Below, piece by piece: positions 1-9,382 of a stretch of DNA of 64,000 bases (positions are counted from its first letter, which is position 1; each line of letters starts with the position of its first letter). Position numbers and translations under genes: made by a program. Source of the stretch: a virus (lineage: Duplodnaviria; Caudoviricetes); the IMG/VR virus record IMGVR_UViG_3300046528_000120, positions 39,100 through 103,099 of that record; one strand, written 5' to 3'. The notes beneath the pieces are model-generated. The model was not told where the DNA came from. It worked only from the letters and a program-made list of their open reading frames with translations, and ran no database searches.

Positions 1-50
1 AGCGACATGGCGACGCTGACCATCGAAGAATTCCGCGCGCGGGTCCAAGC

Positions 51-809
51 ATGAGCACGTCTATCCACCTCGGCGACAACATCCTGTTGCGCGTCAAGTA
101 CGTGGCCAAGCGTGCGTACGCCTTCGTCACCCAGAATGGCAAGGGCGTCGCCCGTATCACCCCGATCAACTGGGCGGCGCTGCATGACCCGGATCGCACC
201 CCGTACGATGATCGCGTCGGCTATCACATCATCCGCCAGACCATCACCAAGGAATACCGTGACAGCCCGGTGCACACGGAAAGCCGGTTGATCCTGGCCC
301 GGTTCGATGGCGAGAAGTTCTTCTACGTCAGCCCGAATCAGGTAGGACGTGAGAGCGGCGCCACCGTCGACTTCGACAGGGCCAACACCAAGTATGAGCG
401 CCCGATCCTGCCGGCCGGCATCAAGCGCTTCCTGCTCAGCTATCCGAACGAGCCGGAGCACCAGCGCATCCTGGCGACCCTCAAACTGGATGAGAACCTG
501 ACCATGCGCCTGCTCGGCGTCAGCCATGACTTCACGGTCACCATCGACGATGTGCGTGGCCAGGGTCATCGCCCGATGCACTGCAAGATCACGAAATGGC
601 ATCCGCTCTATCCACAGCCGGCGCTCGATGGCGTCTACCTCGTGCGCATTCACCACGATGGTTCCACCACCTACACCACGGTGCGCTTCGCGGGCGGCAC
701 CTACGAATGGCCGGAGCAAATACCGGCGCTGCAATGGCCGGGGGCGCTGATCAAATGGGCTGGAATCACGGAGGAATGCAGCAAGTTGCTGAGCGACATT
801 GTCGCTTGA
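51..809 (+). CDS. Hypothetical phage protein
   Basis: 252-aa ORF with GC3-rich codons; its ATG overlaps the stop of an upstream partial ORF (ATGA). Confidence 0.7.
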   Translation: MSTSIHLGDNILLRVKYVAKRAYAFVTQNGKGVARITPINWAALHDPDRTPYDDRVGYHIIRQTITKEYRDSPVHTESRLILARFDGEKFFYVSPNQVGRESGATVDFDRANTKYERPILPAGIKRFLLSYPNEPEHQRILATLKLDENLTMRLLGVSHDFTVTIDDVRGQGHRPMHCKITKWHPLYPQPALDGVYLVRIHHDGSTTYTTVRFAGGTYEWPEQIPALQWPGALIKWAGITEECSKLLSDIVA

Positions 810-834
810 TAGTACAACATAATGGAGTTATAAT
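806..834 (+). promoter_or_regulatory. Sigma70-type promoter
   Basis: TTGATA(806-811)-17 bp-TATAAT(829-834). Confidence 0.7.
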
Positions 835-887
835 AGCCGTACCCTTTGATATTTCCTCGCGGCCTTCGGGCCGCTGATTGGATTGAT

Positions 888-1097
888 ATGAAACATTTCC
901 TGCACAGTATCACCCTAGACCCATGGACGGGGCTCACCATCCTCTACGCCGCCGTCCTGGTCGGCTGGGCCGGACCCGAATGGTTCGCCATCCCGTGCGA
1001 TACCGCCGCACCCCTTTCCGCCGCTCTGTCCTGCACGGCCGGCATCAACGCCATGCTGGCGCTGTACTTTCAATTCAATAACGGAATCTCGAAATGA
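888..1097 (+). CDS. Small hypothetical membrane protein
   Basis: ATG at 888 downstream of the promoter; hydrophobic segments; stop overlaps the next ATG. Confidence 0.55.
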   Translation: MKHFLHSITLDPWTGLTILYAAVLVGWAGPEWFAIPCDTAAPLSAALSCTAGINAMLALYFQFNNGISK

Positions 1098-1549
1098 TCC
1101 TGCCCCTCTGGAACCAGGACTGCATCGTCACGCTCGACGGCGACGATCAGCAAATCCTCGGTCACGCCCGCGCGCCGTACGTCGACATTAACGGCCGTTA
1201 CCGCATCAACGTGTACTCGTCCCGCTGGGGCTATGAGCGCCTGTTCGCGCCGAGCGAGATCACCCTGTTGCCGGTCACGTTGCCGGGCGGTGTCCTGTAT
1301 GACGCCCACATCGCTTTCAACAAGCGCTACACCCAAGAGCAAGCCGACGCCTTCCTGGCCGCCGAGCAGGAGCCGGTGAAGACCCAGGTACTGCCAGCCG
1401 CACCGAAGTCGCCGATGCAGCGCGCCCGCCCGCTGGTCAAGCCGATGCGGTTCGAGACCGAAAGCGAGGCATTGCAATCAATTGCAAAGACGGTTCAACC
1501 AGTAGCAGCAGTGAGGCGGCGGCGGGTCGTGCGGAAGCCGAATGGTTAG
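1094..1549 (+). CDS. Hypothetical protein with basic C-tail
   Basis: 151-aa ORF coupled to neighbours; ends RRRRVVRKPNG. Confidence 0.7.
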   Translation: MILPLWNQDCIVTLDGDDQQILGHARAPYVDINGRYRINVYSSRWGYERLFAPSEITLLPVTLPGGVLYDAHIAFNKRYTQEQADAFLAAEQEPVKTQVLPAAPKSPMQRARPLVKPMRFETESEALQSIAKTVQPVAAVRRRRVVRKPNG

Positions 1550-2450
1550 CCGGCCGACGCCGGAGCGCCGCTTCGTCCTGTTGCCGGGTCCAGTGCTAAG
1601 CGCGCATGACGGACAGGCGCATATCATCGACGCCTCTCGGCTTGGCATGCTGTACCGTCTCCGGCCGAACGAGTATTACATCCTGAATCCGGTCGATTAC
1701 AGGCGCGCCACCGCCACCCAGGTCGGCGACCACCAGCTAAGGATGAGCGGGTTCCTGCTTCAGGGCATCATGCCGCTGAGGCCGCGCGAGACCGGCGACT
1801 ACGATGCCTACCGCCAATGGGTCGAAACAAACTGGCGCGAGGCGATCCGCCGTGAGATGGAGCAGTTCGACATCGAGATGAGCCGGCCGCCATCGGCCGA
1901 ACAGAGAATCAACAACCAGAGAGAACAACGACGTGAACAAGACGCACACAACTGGCGCGGAGTACGAAACTTCGGCGGCCTCCCCCTCGACGCCCGCATC
2001 CGCATCCCACGACCGCGCGTGCAGCCCAGCGACAACGGCTACGGCTTCCGCTTCCAGCTCGACGCGACCGAGTGGGAACAGCTCGTCAACGACGAAGGCG
2101 GGCAAGGTCTCAGCCGGGAAGAAGTCGCGCGGCGGCTCGACGAAAGTGGGCGCGCCCGCCCAAGCAACCGGCAAGACGAGTGGGAACAGGCCATTGCCTT
2201 TCTACTCGCTGGAGGCGCCGACACCGACCAGTTCACGCCGGGCGTCGTCGAAAGCGTCCGCCGCCTCGACGCTGAAGAACTCAGCGCCCTCGCGCGAAGT
2301 GACAGTGATCAAGGGCAACCGGGCGGGCCTGCGCAGCAAGATGCTGGCAGCGTTCCACCAGGACACGATCAGCGCAGTGCAGAGAGCGCAGCAGATGATC
2401 GCGCAGCACGACTTCTGGCCGGTCGCGCTCCCCGGCGGCTCAAGCGGTAA
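1542..2450 (+). CDS. Hypothetical protein
   Basis: 302-aa ORF; the last ~40 aa overlap the next gene and look like off-frame read-through. Confidence 0.6.
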   Translation: MVSRPTPERRFVLLPGPVLSAHDGQAHIIDASRLGMLYRLRPNEYYILNPVDYRRATATQVGDHQLRMSGFLLQGIMPLRPRETGDYDAYRQWVETNWREAIRREMEQFDIEMSRPPSAEQRINNQREQRREQDAHNWRGVRNFGGLPLDARIRIPRPRVQPSDNGYGFRFQLDATEWEQLVNDEGGQGLSREEVARRLDESGRARPSNRQDEWEQAIAFLLAGGADTDQFTPGVVESVRRLDAEELSALARSDSDQGQPGGPAQQDAGSVPPGHDQRSAESAADDRAARLLAGRAPRRLKR

Positions 2451-3057
2451 ATGGACGGTGTATCAGGCCACGGTGTCGCCGGAGAAAGCCATGATGGACA
2501 GCCTCAAGCACTGCATGGCGGGCTTCCCAGAGATGAGCGTCAGCCCTGGCACCTACACGGTCCTGGCGCGCGCCACCACGCACGGCCCCGAGGTGATGAT
2601 GTCCAACACCCAGTTCGAGTACCGCACCAACATCGAGTTCGTCGGGCGCGCCCACGGCCAAGTCTTGGTGAACGGGCTGGGCATCGGCATGCTGCTCCGG
2701 CCGCTCGCGGCGCGCGCCGAGGTCGAGCGAATCACCGTGGTCGAGAAGGACCGCGACATCTTGCAATTGATTGCACCGCACTACCAGGACTTGATCGACG
2801 CCGGGAAATTGCGCATCATCCATGGCGACGCCTTTAAGTACGTGCCGGATCAATACTACGATTGCATCATGCACGACATCTGGCCGACCACCAGCACCTA
2901 CAACCTGACCGAGATGATCGCGCTCAAGCGCCGCTACCAGCACCTGATGGCGGGCCGCATCATCTCCCAGCATTGCTGGGCTGAAGAAATTTGCTGGCGC
3001 ATGGCCGGCACCGTCACCACCTTGAAGCAACTGAAACGGAGTATGAAGAATGACTGA
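2341..3057 (+). CDS. SAM-dependent methyltransferase / spermidine-synthase-like fold protein
   Basis: VLVNGLGIG (motif I), ITVVEKD, IIHGDAF and YDCIMHDIW. Start uncertain (GTG 2299 or ATG 2341). Confidence 0.7.
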   Translation: MLAAFHQDTISAVQRAQQMIAQHDFWPVALPGGSSGKWTVYQATVSPEKAMMDSLKHCMAGFPEMSVSPGTYTVLARATTHGPEVMMSNTQFEYRTNIEFVGRAHGQVLVNGLGIGMLLRPLAARAEVERITVVEKDRDILQLIAPHYQDLIDAGKLRIIHGDAFKYVPDQYYDCIMHDIWPTTSTYNLTEMIALKRRYQHLMAGRIISQHCWAEEICWRMAGTVTTLKQLKRSMKND

Positions 3058-3427
3058 TCCCTGCTACACCCAGAGCCTGTACCACATGGGCGGCGCTGGC
3101 GGCCTCGAAGTGCGCGCCGGCTCGCGCTGGTCGCCAAGCCAGACGAAGCTGGGCGAGATGATCGCGGACCCGAAAGGGTTCTACGTCAACAATCTGGTCC
3201 TGCGCGAGGCCAACCGCCGCATCCTCGACTTGCACGCCGCCAAGGGGCCGATGGTCGAGCGCATCCGCGAGCTGGAAGAGGAAGTAAAGCGCTTGCAGAA
3301 CATCGTCGCGACGCAGCCGGTCATGGCCCGCGCCGTCCTGGAGCGCCTGAAGGCCGACCCGCACGCTGCCGAGTTGTTCGGCTTCGTCCGCCAGCTCGCC
3401 ACCCTCTTGAGCGTGGAGACCGCGTGA
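3050..3427 (+). CDS. Hypothetical coiled-coil protein
   Basis: 125-aa ORF coupled to neighbours. Confidence 0.65.
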   Translation: MTDPCYTQSLYHMGGAGGLEVRAGSRWSPSQTKLGEMIADPKGFYVNNLVLREANRRILDLHAAKGPMVERIRELEEEVKRLQNIVATQPVMARAVLERLKADPHAAELFGFVRQLATLLSVETA

Positions 3428-3666
3428 GCGATTACGGATGCCACAACCGCGAGCCGTTCACCACGCGCGTGCTCGTCCAGGACGGCGTGGAAGAGCCGCC
3501 GGTAGACGAGGGCTGGGGCTGGTACTCGGCGAAGCCGCGCTACCGCTTCATCGAGCTGCGCACTGACCACTTCGATTGCTGCTACACCCGTAGCGAGAAG
3601 ACCAACGGCGACCCGCAATGCGAGGGTTGCAAGTGGAAATCAACTAACCCCGACCTGGAGTATTAA
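3424..3666 (+). CDS. Small Cys-rich hypothetical protein
   Basis: GTG start overlapping the upstream stop; GCHNR...CC...CEGC. Confidence 0.6.
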   Translation: MSDYGCHNREPFTTRVLVQDGVEEPPVDEGWGWYSAKPRYRFIELRTDHFDCCYTRSEKTNGDPQCEGCKWKSTNPDLEY

Positions 3667-3667
3667 G

Positions 3668-3952
3668 ATGGAATGGAAAGAATGGTATCTGGCGATTGTC
3701 ATCCTATGCATCTTCGGCTATCTCGTCGAGGAATGGCTGAAGGCCAAGTACAAGAAGACGCGGCGCCCGCGCTATGTTCACGTCAAGAGCCAGGACCGCT
3801 ATGAAGTCCTGGAGGTCGGCCGACGCGAGGCGGATTGCAGCATGGTCGTCATCTATCGTAGCCTGGAAACCCGCGCAGTATGGGTTCGGGATTACAATGA
3901 ATTCTTCGATGGGCGTTTCGTCCTCGATACCCCCAAGAACGAAAGGAAGTAA
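3668..3952 (+). CDS. DUF1653-like protein with N-terminal TM helix
   Basis: YVHVK..RYEVL...MVVIYRSL....WVRDYNEFFDGRF pattern. Confidence 0.7.
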   Translation: MEWKEWYLAIVILCIFGYLVEEWLKAKYKKTRRPRYVHVKSQDRYEVLEVGRREADCSMVVIYRSLETRAVWVRDYNEFFDGRFVLDTPKNERK

Positions 3953-3955
3953 GAC

Positions 3956-4324
3956 ATGGCCGACGCCGCATCCGTGAAATTTGCGCAGGCGTATAAAGCA
4001 CTCCGTAAGGCGGCTGACGCCAACCCGGAATATTTCGATCTCGCCCGCGAAGTGTTGCGCCGCCATGATGACGGCTCGGTCTTGCTCATGCACGCATTGA
4101 TGATGGGTCTGCAACAGGCGTACGACGCCGGGCGCGCCGGCAAGCCGGTGCCGCTGCCGACCTTGGTTCAGACCAGCGCCGAATTGAAATCAATTGCAAA
4201 CCGTGGCGACGAAGCAGAAGAGGAACCGGCCGCAGCGCCGGCCCGCCCGCAGCGCGTCTCCCGGACTCCCCAGAAACCCGTAACCCCTACCTTGAAAAGA
4301 ATTGTGCGGAGGGCACCGAAATGA
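3956..4324 (+). CDS. Hypothetical protein with P/R-rich tail
   Basis: RBS AAGGA; ends KRIVRRAPK. Confidence 0.7.
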   Translation: MADAASVKFAQAYKALRKAADANPEYFDLAREVLRRHDDGSVLLMHALMMGLQQAYDAGRAGKPVPLPTLVQTSAELKSIANRGDEAEEEPAAAPARPQRVSRTPQKPVTPTLKRIVRRAPK

Positions 4325-4800
4325 ATACCACTGTCATACCCAAGTCCGTCTTCATGTACCACGTCGCACGCGGCGACCAGCGCGAAGTCTTCGAGCACGA
4401 AGAGCTGGGCCTGTTCGATGTCACCGCGATGCGCGAGCGCGCCAAGTTCCGTGGCGAAGCGGTCGAGATCGCCATTGATCAGGTCGAGCCGTTCGTGCGC
4501 GCCAACCGCGTGTTCGAGCAGGATCGCGTCGACCAGCTCGACAGCTACTCATGGCAGTTCGATCCGGTCCTGTATGTGCTCCTGGATGAAGGCCCGCCAC
4601 ACGGCACCAGCTACTTGCTGATCGACGGCGCGCACCGCGTCATCCGCCGCCACCAGGAAGGCCGCGATACCGCCCTGGCCGTGATCCTGACCGAAGCCGA
4701 CATCCTCCGGCCCGACCTCAGCAAATGGGGCAGGGTCCAGGAAACGCTCGGCCTCGACTGGGGCGCCCCGCTCAGCAGCCTGAAGGAGAAGCAAGGATGA
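4321..4800 (+). CDS. ParB/Srx N-terminal-fold protein
   Basis: DPVL...YLLIDGAHRV matches the ParB/Srx DGxHR motif; no HTH evident. Confidence 0.6.
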   Translation: MNTTVIPKSVFMYHVARGDQREVFEHEELGLFDVTAMRERAKFRGEAVEIAIDQVEPFVRANRVFEQDRVDQLDSYSWQFDPVLYVLLDEGPPHGTSYLLIDGAHRVIRRHQEGRDTALAVILTEADILRPDLSKWGRVQETLGLDWGAPLSSLKEKQG

Positions 4801-5180
4801 ACGGCCGGCTCCCGAACACGCCGGCCGGCTGGCATGCCTTCATCGACGCCTGGGCACAGTACCATAACGTCCAGATGAGCGAGCAGGCGCGCGGCGCGCT
4901 GTGCAACGCCTTCGGCAACCTCACCGAGGCCGAGATGGACGCAATCCAGGCGCACCCGAACTACGAGCGCATCACCGTCGAACTGCCGGCGCACGGCACC
5001 GTCCTGGCGTCTACGGTCACCTACCGCCCGCAGCCAGCCGCCGAGCCGTTGCAATCAACTGCAAAGCCGGTCGCCGCCCGACCGACCAGGACGCCGCCAC
5101 GCACCGCGCCGAGCGTTCCCGCCCCTACGGGAACCCGGCCACCTGCTCGCATCGTCCGTCGCACTGTCCCGATAAAATAA
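4797..5180 (+). CDS. Hypothetical protein with P/R-rich tail
   Basis: AAGGAG RBS, ATG overlapping the upstream stop; ends PPARIVRRTVPIK. Confidence 0.7.
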   Translation: MNGRLPNTPAGWHAFIDAWAQYHNVQMSEQARGALCNAFGNLTEAEMDAIQAHPNYERITVELPAHGTVLASTVTYRPQPAAEPLQSTAKPVAARPTRTPPRTAPSVPAPTGTRPPARIVRRTVPIK

Positions 5181-5216
5181 GCGTAATCGCACACTTGATA
5201 CCCGAGGATAACAATA

Positions 5217-5729
5217 ATGGCTCGCCTCACTTATGACGCTTTGCTCTTGCTCGCAAACGTCGCCGCCAATGAAGAGCACAGCATCACCCGGATCGCCTAT
5301 GACGTGTTCAATGGCTACAACCCGGCCACGCCCGGCGTCCCGACCCCGGTCTCACTCGCCAGGGCCAAGCGCGCTGCCCTCAGCTTGGTCGCTGCCAAGC
5401 GCGCCGGCTGTAAGCCGAACCGGAAAGACATTCAAGTCATCTGGTTCCACGACATGACGAATGGTTCAGTCCAGGCGCAGTACCTGATGAACCTCATGGT
5501 ACGGGGCGGGGCGGAGCGACGCGCGGATGACCGCCGCCAGCACGACGAGCCGCACGTAGGTGAGCGCCGCGAAGGCCCGCGCCGTACCGAGACCGAAGTA
5601 TTTCAACGCCCCAAACGGATCGTGCGCCCGGTCGTCCGGCCGGCGCCCCAAGAAAAACCCACCAGCGCATTCTGGCCTTGCATGGGTCAGCGCACTTCCA
5701 GCCTATTCGATAAAGAGGACAAATCATGA
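5217..5729 (+). CDS. Hypothetical protein
   Basis: GAGGA RBS; contains ERR/DRR repeats and PKRIVR. Confidence 0.65.
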   Translation: MARLTYDALLLLANVAANEEHSITRIAYDVFNGYNPATPGVPTPVSLARAKRAALSLVAAKRAGCKPNRKDIQVIWFHDMTNGSVQAQYLMNLMVRGGAERRADDRRQHDEPHVGERREGPRRTETEVFQRPKRIVRPVVRPAPQEKPTSAFWPCMGQRTSSLFDKEDKS

Positions 5730-6118
5730 TGAACCAACGTGTAGCCAGGACTTCCCCCGCCCAGCGCCGGATCAACGCGGCTTTCCAGCAAATTGCGACC
5801 CGCCTGCGGGGAGAAACGCACACCGACGCCAGCCTGTTCGGCATGATCGCGCACATCATCCCGCAGCAGCCGGAGTTCGCCGCCGCGCTCTGCGCCAACA
5901 TCGGCCACGTCATGGAAGAGCAGACCGGCGAAATCGACTATGTCGAAATCCACGTCGAGGCATGGCGCCGGACCCTGTTCGCCCCGCAGTCTGAGCACGG
6001 CGGCCCGACCATCGACCTGTTCGCGGGCGACCCCGAGAAGGCCGAGCAGTTCGCTGCCAACCTCGCCCTGGTCCATGGCTCGATGAACATCGGCGTGACC
6101 AGCACCTGGATGAACTAG
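5726..6118 (+). CDS. Hypothetical protein
   Basis: GAGGA RBS; typical codon usage. Confidence 0.7.
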   Translation: MMNQRVARTSPAQRRINAAFQQIATRLRGETHTDASLFGMIAHIIPQQPEFAAALCANIGHVMEEQTGEIDYVEIHVEAWRRTLFAPQSEHGGPTIDLFAGDPEKAEQFAANLALVHGSMNIGVTSTWMN

Positions 6119-6119
6119 C

Positions 6120-7169
6120 ATGATCGACCCGAGCACCGTCCGGCTCAGTAAGCACTTCTTGCTGTCGGATTTCATGAGCAATCATAGCGTGCAGACGCGC
6201 GGTTACCGGAACCTGTTTCCCGAGCCGCGCGACAGCGGGTACGGCATCAGGATCGCTAACGGCATCGCCCTTTGTGAGAACGCCCTGGAGCCGATCCTGG
6301 CGCAGCACGGCCCGCTCTCCATCAGCTACGGCTACATCTCGCCAGAACTCTCGCGTGAGATCGTGCACTACCAAGACCCCGACAAACCCTCACACCACCG
6401 CTGGGACTTGGGCGCTGCCGCCGACATTTGCGTCCACAGCTGGGTGAACGGAGACCCCGACGATGATACTCTCACAACAGCGCCAATCGCACTGGCACAT
6501 CAACTGGATGGGGAAGGTATCCCGTATTCCCGCCTCATCTCCTACAGTGAATCGCCCTATCTCTGTCTCGCCGTCAGCGCTAAGGAGCTGGCAAACGCGC
6601 GCCCGCGTAAGGCGTTCTACGAGAACCGCTTTGCTGGCCAAAGTAAAACGAAGCCAAGCTATTTCTCTCGTTCGACTGAAGCAGCGCGTGCGCGCTCGTT
6701 GGCTGACCTCCAGGCAGGCGCGCTAACCCACGGATGGCGCGGCGCAGGCTACCCGACCTACCACGGCGGCGGTCGCCGGCAGGCGCAGCATATCCGCATC
6801 TCGAAGTACACCATGCTCTGTGATTGGCTCATCGACTTGCAATCAATTGCAACGGGCGCAAAGAACATTCCGAACCTGAGCGATCAGCGCCTCGTCGACA
6901 CCTTCTATGCAGTCGGCGACGCCTACGATGACATCATCGACCTCTGCAAGGTGCCGCGCATGTCGATCATCGCCGGCTACGTCAGCCCAGCCAGCCCGTA
7001 CTTCACCAGGGCCAATGACTGGCGTAGCGGCAAGGCCACCTTCAGCCTTGTTCCGCCCGAGGGCCTGACGGCAGATGACGTGCGCATGGAGATGCTGTTC
7101 CAGCGAAATGATAAAATAACGGGGTTCGGTAGTGACCCCAACATCCTCGATATTACGGTAGAGTTATGA
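6120..7169 (+). CDS. Peptidase M15 (Hedgehog/DD-peptidase zinc fold) protein with tandem duplicated domain
   Basis: RLSKHFLLSDF...LEPI....ISYGY....SHH.W..GAAADI. A second, degenerate copy begins RISKYTMLCDW...IIAGYVSP. Confidence 0.65.
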   Translation: MIDPSTVRLSKHFLLSDFMSNHSVQTRGYRNLFPEPRDSGYGIRIANGIALCENALEPILAQHGPLSISYGYISPELSREIVHYQDPDKPSHHRWDLGAAADICVHSWVNGDPDDDTLTTAPIALAHQLDGEGIPYSRLISYSESPYLCLAVSAKELANARPRKAFYENRFAGQSKTKPSYFSRSTEAARARSLADLQAGALTHGWRGAGYPTYHGGGRRQAQHIRISKYTMLCDWLIDLQSIATGAKNIPNLSDQRLVDTFYAVGDAYDDIIDLCKVPRMSIIAGYVSPASPYFTRANDWRSGKATFSLVPPEGLTADDVRMEMLFQRNDKITGFGSDPNILDITVEL

Positions 7170-8509
7170 CTGATAAGCCCCGCGAGCAACGCCGCAAGAC
7201 CCGCGCGCCAACCGTCTCGGATAAGCCGGTGGAAGTGCAGCGCGCCCCGCACGTCGAAGCCGAACTAAAGAAACGCCAGCAGGAGCAGGAGGCCGCCCGC
7301 CTTGCCAAGGAGCGCCGCGACCAACTGGAGCACGAGCGTAAGCAGAAGGTCCAGGAAGAGCAGCGCAAGCGCGCCGAGGCCGCCGCTGCCCAGATGCAGC
7401 AGACCAGCAACACCCTAGCCCAGACCTTCGGCGCTGTCGCGCGCAGCATGGCCCCACTCAGCCGCGCGATCTCCGACGCTGCCCGCGCCCTGGCCCCGCG
7501 CAGCGCCGGCACTACCCTATCACCGGAATCCGTCGCTGCCATCCGTATCCAGGAGCTGTCGTCGGAGCCTACCGACTTCGCGAACGTGCGCCTGGACAAC
7601 CAGGACCGGATTAACGCTGCCCCGCAGGTCGACAATCGCAGTATGGCGAGCGGCCTGAACCTGCAACAGATTCCGCGCCAGCGCTTCCACGATGGCGGCT
7701 TCGTCAGCGACGGCCGACCGGTGCTTCTAGGGATGGATTTCTCCAATGGTGAGAGCACCACCATCGTGACACACGTCGAGCCGAACCGCGAGCAGGCCGC
7801 TGTCCTCGGCGCCGTCAGGGACGTGTTCCGCCCCGGTCAACTCGCCGAATGGGGCGGGGTGCGCGTGAACTACAACATGATCCAGGGCAACTCCGGCATG
7901 CGCATGGTCAACGTCCCGCTGATAAGTCAGCAAAGCAATGTCGGCGATGACCGCACACCGATGATAGAGTGGAGCGCCAGTTACGAGATGGTGCACGATA
8001 CCCACCTCGATGAATTGGCCGGGCGCACCCATGGCATCGTGGCGCAGCGCTACAGCGACTTCCTGGGCGAGGTGACCAACATCAGCGTCTACCAGGGGCC
8101 GTGCCGCGTCGAGCATATCCCCGACATCCGCACGCGCTCGGTGAACTTCGTCGCTACCCTCCCGCTTCAGCATGTCATCGTTACCGGCTTCGGCGGGCCG
8201 CAGAAGATTCTGAATCGCGCCGTGCACATGAAGCAGTTCTCGATCCGCACCGCTGTCACCGACTTGGTGAACCGCGAGATGCCGATGGGTGGCGTAATTC
8301 AGTGCGTCGAGTCGGTCACCACCAGCAGCGAGATCGCGTATCTGGTCAAGGTCAGCGCGGGCATGTCAGAGGCCGGCGCGTGGGTCGTCGTGCAGGAAGT
8401 CAACGGCGAGTTGCGCATTACCAACAGGGAGACGTATAGCGGCGAAAATCAATCAGCGCGGCGCGCCCTGGGTGAGATAATGGAACGATTACTTGAGCGA
8501 GCGGAGTAG
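7166..8509 (+). CDS. Hypothetical protein with N-terminal coiled coil
   Basis: 447-aa ORF; E/Q/R-rich N-terminus. Confidence 0.7.
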   Translation: MTDKPREQRRKTRAPTVSDKPVEVQRAPHVEAELKKRQQEQEAARLAKERRDQLEHERKQKVQEEQRKRAEAAAAQMQQTSNTLAQTFGAVARSMAPLSRAISDAARALAPRSAGTTLSPESVAAIRIQELSSEPTDFANVRLDNQDRINAAPQVDNRSMASGLNLQQIPRQRFHDGGFVSDGRPVLLGMDFSNGESTTIVTHVEPNREQAAVLGAVRDVFRPGQLAEWGGVRVNYNMIQGNSGMRMVNVPLISQQSNVGDDRTPMIEWSASYEMVHDTHLDELAGRTHGIVAQRYSDFLGEVTNISVYQGPCRVEHIPDIRTRSVNFVATLPLQHVIVTGFGGPQKILNRAVHMKQFSIRTAVTDLVNREMPMGGVIQCVESVTTSSEIAYLVKVSAGMSEAGAWVVVQEVNGELRITNRETYSGENQSARRALGEIMERLLERAE

Positions 8510-8563
8510 CGCAATTTGCGGTGATTCCCGTATAATCCAGTCATCCAATTGACGAGGTCGACT

Positions 8564-8956
8564 ATGATTACTGGGGAAAGAAAGAAGTTCGGTTTGCGCC
8601 CGGCGCGCAAGCCCGCCCTGATCGAGGGTCTGAGCAATACCGTCATCGTCTATGTGGATGGCTGCGCCTACGAATGCTACATCTCGTTCTCGCCGGACTT
8701 CCCCGCTGCGGTCGGCGCGCAGTTGCCGCAGGGTCTGGCGCGCGATGACGTGACGTTCTTGCAGGTGGCCTTCGACGCGGGCAAATGGATAGTGAGTGTC
8801 TGCACGCTCTCGACCTGGGAGCCGCGCACATTCTGGGAGTCGGCCGAGCGGCCGGCATGGCTAAAAGAACTTAAACCAATCAGGCACACCAATGACACCA
8901 CCGAAGCGCATCGTGCGTTCCGCTCTTCGCGCCGCACCGTCCAGCTCGCCGCCTAG
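8564..8956 (+). CDS. Hypothetical protein
   Basis: GAGG RBS before ATG 8564; TATAAT at 8531. Confidence 0.6.
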   Translation: MITGERKKFGLRPARKPALIEGLSNTVIVYVDGCAYECYISFSPDFPAAVGAQLPQGLARDDVTFLQVAFDAGKWIVSVCTLSTWEPRTFWESAERPAWLKELKPIRHTNDTTEAHRAFRSSRRTVQLAA

Positions 8957-9338
8957 CACGCCGGCACCAACCCCGGCCCCGGCCGCCAAGGCATCGCCAC
9001 CGCGTCCTGCACGCCGCGTGATCCCGATCAAGGCCCAGGCCCCGGCGAAGCCCGCCGCAGCCCCGGTCGAGGTCAAGGAGAAGCTGGAGGGCGGCAACGC
9101 GGTCAACTACAAGGCCGTGGTCGAGCGGTACAAGGGCAAGATCACCAACCGCGCCAGCGCCATCCGCGCCCACTGCATCGAATGTTGCTGCGGGGTCGTT
9201 TCCGAAGTTCGCGCGTGCACCGTTAAGAAGTGCGCGCTGTTCCCATTCCGTATGGGCGACGACCCGTACCGAAAAAAGCGCAACGACGGTTTCGTCGGTG
9301 CCAACAAAAACGAAGAGTCCAACGAGGGAGACGAATAA
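8892..9338 (+). CDS. Cys-rich (putative Zn-finger) protein with P/A/R-rich N-terminus
   Basis: AIRAHCIECCCG...C...C.LFPFRMG. Confidence 0.7.
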   Translation: MTPPKRIVRSALRAAPSSSPPSTPAPTPAPAAKASPPRPARRVIPIKAQAPAKPAAAPVEVKEKLEGGNAVNYKAVVERYKGKITNRASAIRAHCIECCCGVVSEVRACTVKKCALFPFRMGDDPYRKKRNDGFVGANKNEESNEGDE

Positions 9339-9382
9339 ATGCTGGGAGGGATCACAGGCCTGAAATTGCAAGTGATTGCAAA

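Noticed and set aside
1933-2340. N-terminal extension of the methyltransferase ORF
   Set aside because: The Ser/Thr/Ala-rich translation is typical of off-frame reading of the overlapping 1542-2450 gene.
7680-7705. RFHDGGFV resembling the tape-measure C-terminal motif
   Set aside because: A single short match with no further similarity.
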